Numbered from the stretch's first letter, positions 36,090-50,274 are shown. The stretch is DNA of 64,000 nucleotides from Takakia lepidozioides (GCA_030704615.1 CM060736.1:62001-126000); one strand, 5' to 3'. Notes: generated from the letters alone by a model not told the origin. Numbers and translations: made by a program.

Positions 36090-38535
36090 GGGTTGCTAAC
36101 TCAATGGTAGAGTACTCGGCTTTTAAGTGCGACTAAGGGATTTCACACATTTAGATGAAGTACTAAATTCATCCAAACCATTGACCCGGTTTGTAAGGCT
36201 GCGACTTATCTTGGAAGGAAACTTGACGGAAAAAAAAGCATGTCGTTTCTTTTTTCGAATTTCGAGAAAAGAAGAATGAGAGAATAATAATTGAAAGAAT
36301 ACAATTACTTTCGGAGTCGGAAGAGTTAATGGATAAAGCTGAATCGCTTGAATCATAGGTAGAACCAGAAGAACGAGCTTCTGTTCAAAAACTTGTATTT
36401 TGGACTCTCTTTACTAATTAGGAGTTAAAAGCGAATTAATAGTCAATATAAGAGAGGTTTGACCCTATTTAAGTATAGGGTCTTCTTACCGAAAATGAAT
36501 CCTAAATATTTCCATAGGTGTGGAGAAATTACCGGTGTGCTGACTAAATGAGGAATTTTCTAAGTCAGGAGAGCAATCGGTTTAACGAAATAGACTCAAT
36601 TTCTTATTTATTCCCAAGAAAAGGATAATTTTGAAATCAAAATTTCAATTTTCATTTATTGAATATATTTTTCGGTACCCTAGATAGATCAGGATCTTTC
36701 TGGTCTTTAATAGATTGCACTATGTACCATTTCATATTTTAAGAGGTTACTCCTACGAGAACCATAACTGGGTTTTTGTCGAAAATGGAGAAGCTACGAA
36801 GAACTAAAAAAAACTTCTTATGGCAACAACGTTTTTTATACCCACTTCCCTTTCAAGATGATCCTTACGCAATTGCCTATAATCGTTTCTCGAATGAAAT
36901 AGATTCAAAGAAAATAGAAAATTCAAATCTAAACGAGAAATTTAGTTTCTTAACCTTGAAACGTTTAATTCATAGAATACATCAAAAGAAATCCTTACAA
37001 TTTTTATTGAAAAATTGTAATATAAATTTTGATGCTGATTGCAACAGCAATTTCTATTCGAGAGCAATTCGAGAAGGTGTGACCATGGTTTTAGAAATTG
37101 TTTTTTCTGTGCAGTCAAAACCTTTTATGAGAGAAAAAACTGAATGGACTAGTTATCAATCTATTCATTCCGTATTTCCCTTTATGGAAGACCAATTTTC
37201 ACATTCCAATCGTATTTTCGATATGAAAATACCTTATTTCCTTCATCCAGAACTTATTATTCGAATTGCTCGTCGACGGATCCAAGATGCTTCTTTTTTA
37301 CATCCATTGCGATTCATTCTCTATAAAAAAAAAATTTTTATTATTATAGATACACAAATCTCTTTTCCTCCAAAAGAAATGACTAGATTGTCCCAAATTT
37401 CATGGAATTCCTATATCTATGAATTCGAATATCTCTTTGTCTCCCTGTGGAAAGATTTCAGCCCTTTTCAGATGTTGTCACATCCGGTTTTACTTGATCA
37501 AATTAATTGTATAAAAAAAATTAGACATGTTATAAAGCCTTCCTGGATCACGTTACAAAAGTTTCTTCTTTGTAAGAGAATTTTAACTTTTCGTTATGTG
37601 AGATATGAAAATAACTCAATTCTATCGATACAAAGTACTGACTATTTAGCAGAAAAATGGAAAATTTATTTTTTCAAAATTTGGCAATATCGTTTCCATT
37701 TTTTGTTCGAATCACGCAGAATACGCATAAAGAGATTATCTAAAAATTGTTTTCCTTTTTTAGGCTATACCTTCGGTGTTCGAAAGAAAATCACTATGGT
37801 TCAAACAAAAATGCTAGAGGATTTACCCATAACCAGTTTTGTCAACAAACAACTTTGTTCCATCGCTCCAATTTTACCTTTGATTGGTTCATTAGCTAGG
37901 GAAAAATTTTGCGACACCTTGGGGCATCCAATTAGTAAATTAGCTCGGACTACTTCGACGGATGACGAAATTTTTAACCGATTTGATAAAATTTGGAAAA
38001 ATCTTTATTATTATTACAGTGGATGCATGAGTAGAAGCAACTTATATCAAGTACGATACATACTTCGATTTTCATGTGCCAAAACGTTAGCTTGTAAACA
38101 CAAAAGTACGATACGTTTTGTATGGAAGAAATATGGTTTGGAGTTCTTTGCAAAAACATCTCTTTTGGAGAAACGAGAGTTAATTTTTTTGAATTTATCT
38201 AAAATGTATCCTCTTACGAAAAAATTTTGGTATCTCGATATTATTCAAATAAATTCCCTGGTGAATTCGTTGCGAAAAGAGAAAGAAAAGGAAAAATAAT
38301 CAAAAATTCAATTAATTCTATCGACTAATGAGAAACCTAATTAAGTAATTGCCGAAAACCGACTCGGAGTGATCTTGTAAGAAAAAAAAATCGTTACGAA
38401 ATAGATACATAGAGAGAGCCGTGTGCAACGAAAATTGCAAGCACGGTTTGGGAAGAGGTTTTTTTCCTTTCGAAAACGAAAGTAATTAACCCACTTTCAT
38501 CCGACGAGTTCCGGGTTCGAGCCCCGGGCAACCCA
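36090..38535 (+). tRNA. trnK-UUU: tRNA-Lys(UUU); exons 36090-36126 and 38501-38535; the group II intron carries matK
   Basis: GGGTTGCTAACTCAATGGTAGAGTACTCGGCTTTTAA then GTGCG; exon 2 CCGACGAGTTCCGGGTTCGAGCCCCGGGCAACCCA. Confidence 0.97.
36785..38299 (+). CDS. matK: Maturase K
   Basis: QQRFLYPL, SIHSVFPFMED, YILRFSCAKTLACKHKSTIR; lies inside the trnK intron. Confidence 0.96.
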   Translation: MEKLRRTKKNFLWQQRFLYPLPFQDDPYAIAYNRFSNEIDSKKIENSNLNEKFSFLTLKRLIHRIHQKKSLQFLLKNCNINFDADCNSNFYSRAIREGVTMVLEIVFSVQSKPFMREKTEWTSYQSIHSVFPFMEDQFSHSNRIFDMKIPYFLHPELIIRIARRRIQDASFLHPLRFILYKKKIFIIIDTQISFPPKEMTRLSQISWNSYIYEFEYLFVSLWKDFSPFQMLSHPVLLDQINCIKKIRHVIKPSWITLQKFLLCKRILTFRYVRYENNSILSIQSTDYLAEKWKIYFFKIWQYRFHFLFESRRIRIKRLSKNCFPFLGYTFGVRKKITMVQTKMLEDLPITSFVNKQLCSIAPILPLIGSLAREKFCDTLGHPISKLARTTSTDDEIFNRFDKIWKNLYYYYSGCMSRSNLYQVRYILRFSCAKTLACKHKSTIRFVWKKYGLEFFAKTSLLEKRELIFLNLSKMYPLTKKFWYLDIIQINSLVNSLRKEKEKEK

Positions 38536-38582
38536 AAAAATCCAGATTCGAAATCCACAGATATCCTTTTAAATACTTATGA

Positions 38583-38604
38583 ATATATATATATATATAT
38601 ATAT
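38583..38604. repeat. (AT)11 microsatellite
   Basis: Read directly from the sequence. Confidence 0.9.
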
Positions 38605-38961
38605 TATATTTTATGGAACTGCTATAACGGAAAAAGATACAGTTATTCCATAAGGAATGTTATAAACGAAATAGAATTATACATCGAACTATGTTTGTTC
38701 TATTTGTTGAAGTTGAAAAAAAAAAAAAAAAATCAATTAATATCAATGTTATTTATTATGTGACTAATAGAAATAATCCAATAGTTACAGTATAGAAGAT
38801 TGCTCATGTCTAATCTTCAATTAATTTACTCCTTTTACGAATAAATTCAGATAAAGTTTTTAAATGACATTGCTCTTTCAAACTATTTTTTTGGAATGAT
38901 AAAAAAGAAATCCAATCCTATTTTCTATCCATATGAAAAGATTTCGATTTTGAAAGATCAG

Positions 38962-38991
38962 TTGACATAGGAACAAGTTCTGTGTAATACT
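38962..38991 (+). promoter_or_regulatory. psbA promoter
   Basis: TTGACA at 38962; TAATACT -10 region at 38985-38991, about 60 nt before the start codon. Confidence 0.75.
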
Positions 38992-38995
38992 ATGA

Positions 38996-40111
<1,116 letters not shown>

Positions 40112-40214
40112 TATCTCTATAGGTTTCTGTTCATTATCGAGAAAAAGATAATGACTCAGTCATAACCTTAGAAAATAAAAATATCTGAGATAGGGATAAT
40201 AACTCGAGAAGTAA

Positions 40215-40248
40215 TGACCTTAGAGACTCGAAGTAGTCTTTAAGGTCA
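40215..40248. terminator. Stem-loop in the psbA 3' UTR
   Basis: tgaccttagagact...agtctttaaggtca. Confidence 0.65.
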
Positions 40249-40278
40249 CTATTTCTTTCCGAATTCAGTTTTGGGGGG

Positions 40279-40352
40279 GCGGACGTAGCCAAGTGGATTA
40301 AGGCAGTGGATTGTGGATCCACCACGCGCGGGTTCAATCCCCGTCGTTCGCC
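40279..40352 (+). tRNA. trnH-GUG: tRNA-His(GUG)
   Basis: GCGGACGTAGCCAAGTGG...GTGGA TTGTGGA TCCAC. Confidence 0.97.
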
Positions 40353-40768
40353 CATGAATGAATTTGGAACGAATTCGTGACAAATGAAGATTTTATATTA
40401 ATGAAAAAACTGATAAATATTGTCCCAATCTTGAATATCGAAATGATTTTTGTTAGTTGACGAAACCTCTTCTTTGTGTCATCATAAATAAGATGACGTG
40501 AAAATATTGATAAAAACATAAGGAAAGAGAGATACTTAAATTCACTTGAAATATAAACAAAAAACTTTCTTCTATTTCTATCGAAAATATCTAATACCAG
40601 CTTTATTTGGGTAGAAGAAATCTGCCTCAATACATCTAATATTGTTTCGTTAATAAAGAGTAATGGCAAAAAACACTTGTTGAACGGGCCAAAACAAGTT
40701 ATTTAGTCGAAGTTTCCGTATAAAAAATATATTTATTAGAAAGTTTGATCTAACTGCTGTAGGGAAAA

Positions 40769-43700
40769 ATGGAACAAGAATTATCAGAAAAAAAATACTT
40801 GTATAAAGGATTAGAATTTGAAGGAATAGAAAAAACTAAATATTTCTCAGATTTATGGGCGAAATGGAATTTAGTCAGATTGTTAACTAGAATTTTTTCC
40901 AATAGGGAAAACCTTATTAAGTTCTTTGATTTTCGAATTCTCGGTTCATTAATTTCACGCGATCTACGTAGTTCGAAGATCAACAGGAGTTCAATACTAA
41001 ATGGTTTTATGTTACTCATATTACCAGTGTTTATACATCGCCTGAATAATAGAAATGTTATTGAGGAGAAACAATTGGATTTAGTAGAAATAGTTAATGG
41101 ACATATAAACTATTGCGGATGTGACAAAAAAATACCAGATAAATCCCTTAAGTCTTTTAAGAGAAATCTTTCTATTTCTACGCATCATTCTCCCTCTCCC
41201 CGGGAACGGAAAAAGTAATCTGCTAAACTTAAGAAGGAATGAGAAAAATTGTTCAATTATTAAACAAAATTTGAGAAAAGAACTCTGTGTTATGCCAGTG
41301 TATGAGCAAATACATCTTTGGGGTTCACGATGGTGGAAAATTTGGATTCTAGAAAAATTTCTTCCTAGTTGGAATTTGTCCCAGAGTTCCACAAATAAGA
41401 TTGATCTTTTTTTAGGAGAAAAAAATGTAGAAGATCTGAAGTATTTTTTTGAATTCTATATCGAGAATATAATTCGTAAAGATTTTGATTGGGAATATAA
41501 ATTCGATTCTATTTTTCCAGATGATTCTAAGGGAGAAATGGAATTCAAATCGGAGGAGCTAATCAATTTACTAGAGGATATTCTATTTCTTCGAATCATG
41601 TCTGCTTTTTGTGAAAAAATTATTTCTGAAATAGAAGGTCCGTTCGAACCAGAAGATTTAGAATTAAGAAGACGAATAAATAATAATAATAATAATGAAC
41701 ATTTTTTTGATATTTCTTCGTCTCATGAAAAGAAGATGAACTGGGAATCGAATTGGTCAAAAAGAAAAATGTTTCAATTTTTTAATAACTGGGGTGAATC
41801 TGATCAAATTATTGGTAAATCTTTTATTTCTATGAAAAAAAGAGGGTGGCTTTTTTTACAAAATTATGCCGAATTTTATATATGGCAATTATATAGAAAT
41901 TATTTTGTTTATTGGGAGAAAGATTTGCAGCCATTAAAAATTGTGAGAAATCTGTTAAACGCAAGATCATTTTGGTTAAACTTTTCGAACAATGAACAAC
42001 TTTTTACTGAAGTAGATGATATATTGTCGGATATTTTATACAATTTTTCAAAGCATATTTCAAATAAAGTGAAAAGATCCAAAAATTTGAGACAATTTCA
42101 AGATAAATCTATAAATAATTTTCATTTAATCAGTCAAAAATTGAAATATATAGAAAAAAAAGAAAGATATTCTAATTTTCAAAGAACTTCTACTTCAAAT
42201 TCAATTGAAACTAATTGTTTGGAATCTAAAAAAAAAATATCTAAATGGTTTTTACGCGAAGAAAGAAAAAAAATGAACACCAAACGTGTCAAGCAATTAA
42301 CCACCAATTCAATTTTTCGGGATTTATTTTTTTTTATTAGAAATGGAGAGAGATATATAGAATCCAGTTTATCTTCCAAGTCTTTTTCAATAAATTCTTC
42401 GGTGTTCTGGGTAAAAGAAACATTTACGGGAGATATAGGGCGTATCATAGATAAATTTTTTCCAGAAGAGAGAAGAATAAAAGTTTCTAATTTTCCGAGA
42501 TCAATTCGCTATGCTTTTCTAGACATATTGTCAATGGATGAACTGGATATGGGTTCTTATGCCACTAAAAAATATATTGAAATTTTTAAAGTGGCTAAAA
42601 AAAGGCAACATCTTGTTTTTTTTGGATATCCCACGAAATCGGATAGTAATAGATTAGTTTATTTATGGGAAATAAAAAAAAAAAAAAAAAATTCATTGTT
42701 GAATCCTGTTATTTTCCCAAATTCCCCATATAACAAAATTGAACGAAATATATGTGATATAAAAAAATCAAGTTCAAATATATTTAAAAACTCAAATCCA
42801 TCTTGTAACGCCTATTCTTTCTGGCCTACCTTTTATCCATACAACAAAAAATACGTATTTCATTTCAGGGATTATGCAAAATTAGTTAAATTTTTGGATC
42901 AACTTAATTGGTTAATGACTAATTCCGATCTAGTTTATAACAAAACTTTTGATTTTAATATTATTAAAAAGGATCAAATTCAAAAAATTTATGCCCTAAA
43001 AAAAAATAATCTATTCTTCAATAGAAGAATTAATAAAAAAAAGGGAACAAACGATAAAATTTTGTTCATTTTACTAAAAACAAAAACTACGGGTAAGAAT
43101 CACCCATTTCTGCCTCAAATAAAAAAAAATTTTTTGATACGAAATTATTCTAAAGAAATTTTTGAGATATATATCTTGTTTACAAAATGTCGAATTGGTT
43201 TTATCAATTGGTATAGATCAAATCGCGATAAATTTTATAGACATTTGAACGATCCATTAAACGAATTACGTTTGATTAACAAGTTCATTTTTCATTTGAC
43301 GAGAAGAAATCCTAAAATTCGAATAGAAAATGAAAGTTTTATTGGTATAAGAAGAGATACAATTAATGAAAGTTTATTGAGTTGGAGAAAAAGTGGGATA
43401 ATTTTTTTTCGTTACGAAAAAAAGAGAGAAAAATATATTAATTGGAGTTTCGATGTATGTAAATGGACTGCTCAGACAGAAGAATGGAAAGAATTGTCAA
43501 AATATTATATTTCTGGGCATAGATATTTAGCAGTATTATCTAATAAAATAGATTTTTTTACTAATCGAAACTCAGTTGGGTGGTCTAAGAAACTTAATAG
43601 AAAGAATAATTCTATGTCTCATAGAAATTATAGAATCATCATTTCCGAAAATTTTATTGAAAATTTTCGAAAATTTTCAAACTTATTAGATTTTTGCCAG

Positions 43701-46700
43701 AAGTTTTCGATCATTAAAGACCCTTTTCTAAAAAGATTCGTTTCGAATAAGATTATTTCATCAAAAGAAATAAAATATGATATCGATAGAAAAATAATGG
43801 CACGGATCTGTTTTGATGAAATACCAATTACTAAAATTATTACTGATTATTTTTATAATAGAAATAATAATCAGATTTGCGTGGAACTTTTTGATAACAC
43901 TTTTTTCTCCATGATGGGTCAAAATCTAGAAAGTTGGCTTAATTCTGTAAAAGTTTCTAATTCTAATAGAAATTCACTGAAAAGTTATTTCCACAAAGCA
44001 GATACGCTGAAGTTTTTCAATTATCTACAAAATCCTCACTTAGAATATAATAAGAGATTGCCTTTTTATATGGGAAAAATTAGTATTAAAAATCCTAATT
44101 TAACATATGGACAATTATTAAATACCTTGCCTATATGCAACAAGCTTCTTTTTTCCTCTATTAATCGAATAAGATTCTCCCATGGAAAACCAAAAATTAT
44201 TTCGATTATTGAATCACAAGTATCTGACGTTTCATTACCCAAGTATTTACGGGGAACAAGTAACCAAAGTTTTTTATTTGTTCACGAATTCTATAAATTG
44301 TTCAATTCATTAATTCCAATTATTCCTTCTTTTCATGGAAAAGAAAAAGGTTACTTTATCCATAATATTTCTATTATAAACCGGTCGACCATGAAACGAA
44401 TAGTGAATTTCGAAATAACGGATTATTGCCAGTCTTATCTAGAAATATTGGATTTGCAAGAGAAAAAGAAGAATCCATATATTGAGGAGGTATCAAAACC
44501 GAACCATAATTTTATTCAAATTAATTTTAGTAAAAATGATTTACTATCTGAAAATTTCCTAATAATTCGAAATGAAAACAACGAAATGCTTGGTTGGGTC
44601 AACCAGTTATTCGGGAATTCCGATCCGGAGGAAGATTCGACATACGTAATTGCAAACAAAAGCATAAGTGACATAGACAAAAATTTAGGCTTTTCTAAAA
44701 AAAAGGAAATTCAATTACCCCTTCTTCCGATACACTCGACCACATCGGTTCAGAAACCAAAAATATATGAAAAATATATAACATCTAGTTTTTCTATAAA
44801 ATCCAATTTATTTAGAAAATATACATCATGGTTTTTTACTTCCGAATGGTGGAAATACTTGAAAAATATAGTATTAGAATTATTTTCGGAAATAATACCA
44901 AATCTTAGTGATCAAATTGACTATACTCTGCATACTACTCCGCAGGATATACGAAAAAATTTATATAATTCATGGACGAATTTACCATTAAATATAAAAA
45001 CTAATATTTCTGGGAATTCTTCTGTGAAATGGAATTCACGTCTATCAAAACAAATCGGAAATCAACGAGAAAAAAAAGGATTCGGATTTAGATGGTCACA
45101 TTTGGGATTAATAAATACATGGATTGGTCAATATTTAGCAACCATAGGTTTGTTCGCCTTTGGCTATTTAACTTTTGAAAAATATTTATCTACTTTACTA
45201 GGTTCAGACTATATCGGACTATGGAGATACTTCGAAACGATTCGATATTTAACGGATCCTTCACGCGGAATTTATTTAGATAAAATGATTCGTGGTAATT
45301 CAACGAAATTGATTGAAGCGGAGAATCTATTAAAACATTTTATAAGAAATTTAACACATTATATGAAAAACGGAGAATTTTATTTATTTACGAAACGGAA
45401 ATTAAATAGATGGTTGGTTAGAAACAAAAGCTTAGACCTTTCCCGAAGAGAACGAAAATTACTAGTTCAATCTCTAGTAACAGAAAGAAACATTGGTCAA
45501 TATGGATTGGATCCAACTTCTAGTTGTAATTCCTTCAATTATAGCTTCGGTTACCAAATTACTAAACAACAAGGACTTCATTATTTACGACATTTATCTG
45601 AAAATTATCAGAAGAATCTGGTTAATTATCCGTTTCATAAAATCAACTTAGCGGAGAAATGGGTTTTCCTGGCTTTTTGGCAAAAAATAACCTCTTCGCA
45701 AGTTTTATGGCAAGCCGGGATTTCGAAACTAACTTTTCATAGGAGACCTGTTCCGCTTCAATCGAGATTATCCTCTTTAAAAGGAATTTTACTAATAGGC
45801 CCCCCGCGAAACTGGACGATCCTATTTGATAAAAAATATAGCAGCAGATTCTTTTGTTCCTTCAATAAAAGTATCTATAGATAAACTTTTATATAACAAA
45901 CCTGATATTATAACTGAGAGTTGGATGAATATTTTGATGGAAAGTTTACGAAGATTGAGTCTTATTTTGGAATTAGCGGAAAAAATGTCCCCTCGCATAA
46001 TATGGATTCAAAATATTCATGAACTAAATGTAAATCGTTTGACTCAAAATGTAGAATCTGATCCAACTTTTTCACTTGGCATATTATTGAAATATTTCCA
46101 AACAGATTTCGTTAGTAATGAAGCTAGAAGTCTAGTTATTATTGGTTCGACTCACCTTCCCGAAGAAGTGGATCCTGCTTTAATTTCTCCAAATCGATTG
46201 GATCGACTACTAAATATTAGGATGCTTAATATCCTACAACGACAAAGAGAATTTCCTATTCTCCTACGTAGTAAAAATCTATACTTAGAAAATGAAGCAT
46301 CTTGTCTTAGTGAGTTCGGATATGGAACTTTGGGGTTTAATGCACGAGATTTAGCAGCTTTTGTTAATGAAATTTCATTGATTGGTGTTACTCAGAATCA
46401 AGCAGTTATTCAAACGAATACCATAAGATTAGCTTTTCACAGACAAGCTTCAGGTTTCACATATACAGATAATGAGATGGGATTTGGTCAAAATTTTGGG
46501 ATACTTTTTTATAAAGTGGGAAAGGCTGTTATACAAAATATACTTATAAAAAATTATCATAGAAATCCCTTATACATCGGTAACGACTTATGGAGAAAAA
46601 AAAAATATTATTTGTCCAAATGTTATTTAAAATCTTCTATTTTCGAACCAGCCATAAAAGAATTTACTATATTACCCCATGTTTTGGGTTGTTTAGCCGG

Positions 46701-48006
46701 ATCAGCAGCTCGAGATTCCTGGTTCATATCGGGGGATAAGCCTGATAATTGGATTTCTCTCGATAGATACGCTGAAAATGATTCTCACCTAGCTTATGGT
46801 ATTCTAAAAAGTCTTCTAGTGGAATTTCCGTGGTTAGAAATTTCTCGAAGGAATAATATAGATAAAAAAAAGGAATTGACTCTTCAGTTTCAAACAAGAA
46901 ATCCTTTACATATGATCCAAAAAGGATTTTTTTCAATAGCAAATAAAAAGTGTATACATACACAAAAAGAGTCGTTGCCAAATAAGTTTGTTTCTGAACG
47001 AACGACTCATTACAAGGAAAAGCTATATCACTTAACGAGTAACACGGCTTGGGCTCCTAGGATCTCGCGCCTCAGTTTCATTCGTAGTAATCTATTTGAT
47101 TGGATAAAAAGATCCAATGAATTTGAAGTTGCATATAATTACCGGCTTTCGAAAGGCAAAGAAAGAAGAAATTCTAACGGTTTACAAGAAGATTTTCAAT
47201 TTTGTCGAATCGTGCAACACAAAACGAAGGAACAACTTCCTTATGAAAGGATTCTATCTAGAATAAGACGGAGAAATGTACAAGAACTAGAATCCCAATT
47301 GGAAGAGATTTTATTGGAAGAGCAATTCGTAATATTAGGATTTTATCGATTATCTAAAGAATATCGGATGGAATATCAGTTATCTAATAAACCCATGTTA
47401 TTCATAGGAGGACGATTTCTTCGGGATCCCACCAGTTCATTATCTCAAATCCGTCAGTTCGTTTTTTCACGTCAAGAATTATTTGTAGATGAAGAAATGC
47501 TGAGAAGACTTTATGTTACTTACGGAGCGAGAAGAGAAAGAGAGAAATCTCGTTCAAGTCAAAAAATGAAACAATTTTTCCTTCGTCGCGGATATGGTCG
47601 AGATTCCATGACTAATTTATCCGTTAGTTGGTGGAACCAATTACCTTTTGTCGAGAAACACCATATCGAGACTTTTAAACGCATTGAAGGAATTGGTGTT
47701 CAATTGAAACGTCCACAAGTATTTACCCCTGTGTATTTATATCAACGTTGGCTAATTGAGAATCCAAAGGAAAAGTTAACTCGCTTTGAATTGTTAGGTA
47801 ATCAACAAAGATGGTTCAAAGCAAATAGTTCATTATTTCATGATTCCTTCATTTATAGTACTCTATTAGAAAGCTATCGATACCTATTCAAATTCTTTTT
47901 ATCTAATAGAATTTTACTGAATAGAATGACGAAGATTTTGTTGAAGAAAGGATGGCTTTTTCAGAATGAATTTGAACACTTGATTTATGATATGGTGACG
48001 AAATGA
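40769..48006 (+). CDS. ycf2: Ycf2 (FtsH-like AAA protein) split into three overlapping ORFs by two +1 frameshifts; pseudogene or sequence error
   Basis: KWNLVRLLTRIFS.E.LIKFFDFRIL in ORF 1; WFFTSEWWKY and LDLSRRER in ORF 2; GILLIGP/ETGRSYLIK, VDPALISPNRLD and YLYQRWLIE at and after the second junction. Confidence 0.92.
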
Positions 48007-48429
48007 AACTAAACTTAATCCCTTTCTATAAATAAAAGAGGGAATCTCGTAAGAGGAGGAAGAATGTTAAGTAATGGATTAGTGTATAAGCAATATCCCA
48101 GTTTGCTATTAAGTTCTATATCGAAACTTCATTAAGAAATAAAAATTTTCGTCCTATTTCTATCTCTCCAGATTAACCAATCACTTCCAAGAACTGGGAC
48201 AAAAACTCAAGGATCATCAAATATATTACTAAAATCAGATAATTATGACGTGAGTTAAGCATATAAAGAAAAAAAAAAAATCGGATTTTTTTATATTTCG
48301 GATTTTTTTTTTATTGAGAGGCTTACCTTTACCTATCATTCACTTATATCCCGTTTCTCGATTCCTTCTTACGTCCTTTCCCACCCCCTCATGTTTAGAA
48401 ATAAAATTCTGGGCGAAAGCAAGAACTAG

Positions 48430-49400
48430 AAGCGGATTATTTCTTTTGTTCCTCGTTGAAGAAAGATCACCTCGTTATCATATAGGGTTACCTGCTTGGA
48501 GGTTTACAAGGTGCAACGACCTCGTTATTGGATTGACTCAATTATTGAGTCATCTGAGAGGCAATAAAAAATATATCTATATATTTTCATGTCCTTTATA
48601 AAATCTTGTAATAGTGATGCAATAATTTTGTTTCATGATCGTGAGAAGCAAAAAATCCATCTGAATTTTTATTTTATTTTTCTAAATCCTACTTCTTATT
48701 ATTCTTGCTACCCCAGTGGATTTTTCCATATGCTAAACCTAAAGCTTCGGTTTTATGTTACGGGAAGTTACCACAACTAAGATACGAAAGAATTAGATTC
48801 TAATTTGGATTAATACTTCACATGCAGTTAAATCAGAATTATTGAATAATTCTAATTATAAATAAAATTTTGTAACTCAAAATATTCAATCATCATTTCG
48901 ACTTACAGGCTAGCCTATTATCAATCGATTTCTCCTCGATGATGTGAAACCGATAATGAAATAGAACCATAATGTATCACGAGAAACCTGTAAATACTGA
49001 TTCGAGGGAATTTTCGAGTTAAAGGAAAAAAAAAATACTTTCGACAAGAAAAAGGCTCCCTTACTTTGGATTGATCCTAGAAATTAGAAATAAAATTGTT
49101 CGATTAAATTTATTATTTGTTTTACCGGATGGAGAAAGAATCATAGTAACGAGATATGCGAAAAAATGAATGTTAAATTTTTAAACGGATAGATGTTTGA
49201 AATTTCCACAATTTTTCCAATTAAATAACGAATAAAAACAAAAAATTCTAGTTTCTTATCGAGGAATGAGATAAGTGAAAGGTGTGAGGCCCGTTCTAAA
49301 GATTAGTGGGGAGAGGAAGGAGGGAGAGATGGAATGAATAAGAAGATACGTGAAACAAAATCTTTGAAGCATATGAACGATACTTAGAATATTGAGCTTA
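48430..49400 (+). pseudogene. odpB: Decayed remnant of odpB (pyruvate dehydrogenase E1 beta subunit)
   Basis: Seven to eight collinear motif relics: EE..PR, GG(S)YKV, DLRLLDTPI.E, TG..PII..N.FLL, (S)GGNF, G(Y)DPEI, LI.EE; matched by eye. Confidence 0.68.
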
Positions 49401-49482
49401 TTAAAATTTGGAATTTTTTCATGAACATGAAATTTAGTCAAAATTCTGAAACATTTTTATCGGCTGTAATAAAGAAATGATT

Positions 49483-49522
49483 AATTCAAATAAAGAAAAT
49501 GGCTATTTTCTTTATTTGAATT
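49483..49522. repeat. Inverted repeat of about 18 bp
   Basis: aattcaaataaagaaaat, ggct, attttctttatttgaatt. Confidence 0.85.
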
Positions 49523-50274
49523 GGTTCTATCTGAACTAAACTATTATTTGGTATGTATTGGTATGTATGTGCGTTGATTCATGATCAAGTTGACTATCGA
49601 GTTTCAGTAATTCTTACGTGAGGAATGAAAAATATGTCAAGAAACGACTAACTAAATCTGATCTGATGAGAAATTGAGAACCATACCAAGAAATATGTTC
49701 TATAATCTTTTCTAGAATAAAAAAAAAAATATATATATATATTTACTTATTTTTTTTTTCTTTCTCCTTCCAAAACTAATTACAAACTATTCCTATTGGT
49801 ACGTGGTTCGTCACTCAATCGATTACTTCATTTAGCAATGAAGTAAATAAATTTACTTTCAATTTACTTAGTAGAAGTGGAAAAGATCTAGCATAAATAA
49901 ATTGAATCTATTTCTTTTTCTACTTCACCTCACGATTCCTGTTCCATCACTTCTATTTCTATTCCAGCGAATCTAATAAATCTTTATGCTTCGTGGAGGG
50001 ATTCAGAGAAAAAAAAGGACAGAGAACTCATAAATATTTATTCGAATAGACGGTAAGTATTCTAAATGGGCTTGGAGAGAGGGAGGAGAAAAGGCTCGAA
50101 CAATAAACGATAAATTCAATTAAGTTTACGCTAGTTTTTCTCCCTATTTCAAATGAATCCAAAGTATTCAAAATAAGTTTATAGAAACTAGAATTGCTCG
50201 AACAAAAATAAATAGAAATCGATTTCACGCTAGTTTTAGATGCGATAATTCTGAGTTGAATCGATTCAATATAT

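Noticed and set aside
48314-48780. ORFs of 95 and 63 aa after ycf2 as new genes
   Set aside because: Weak starts; the informative motifs switch frames, which fits a decayed odpB rather than a functional ORF.
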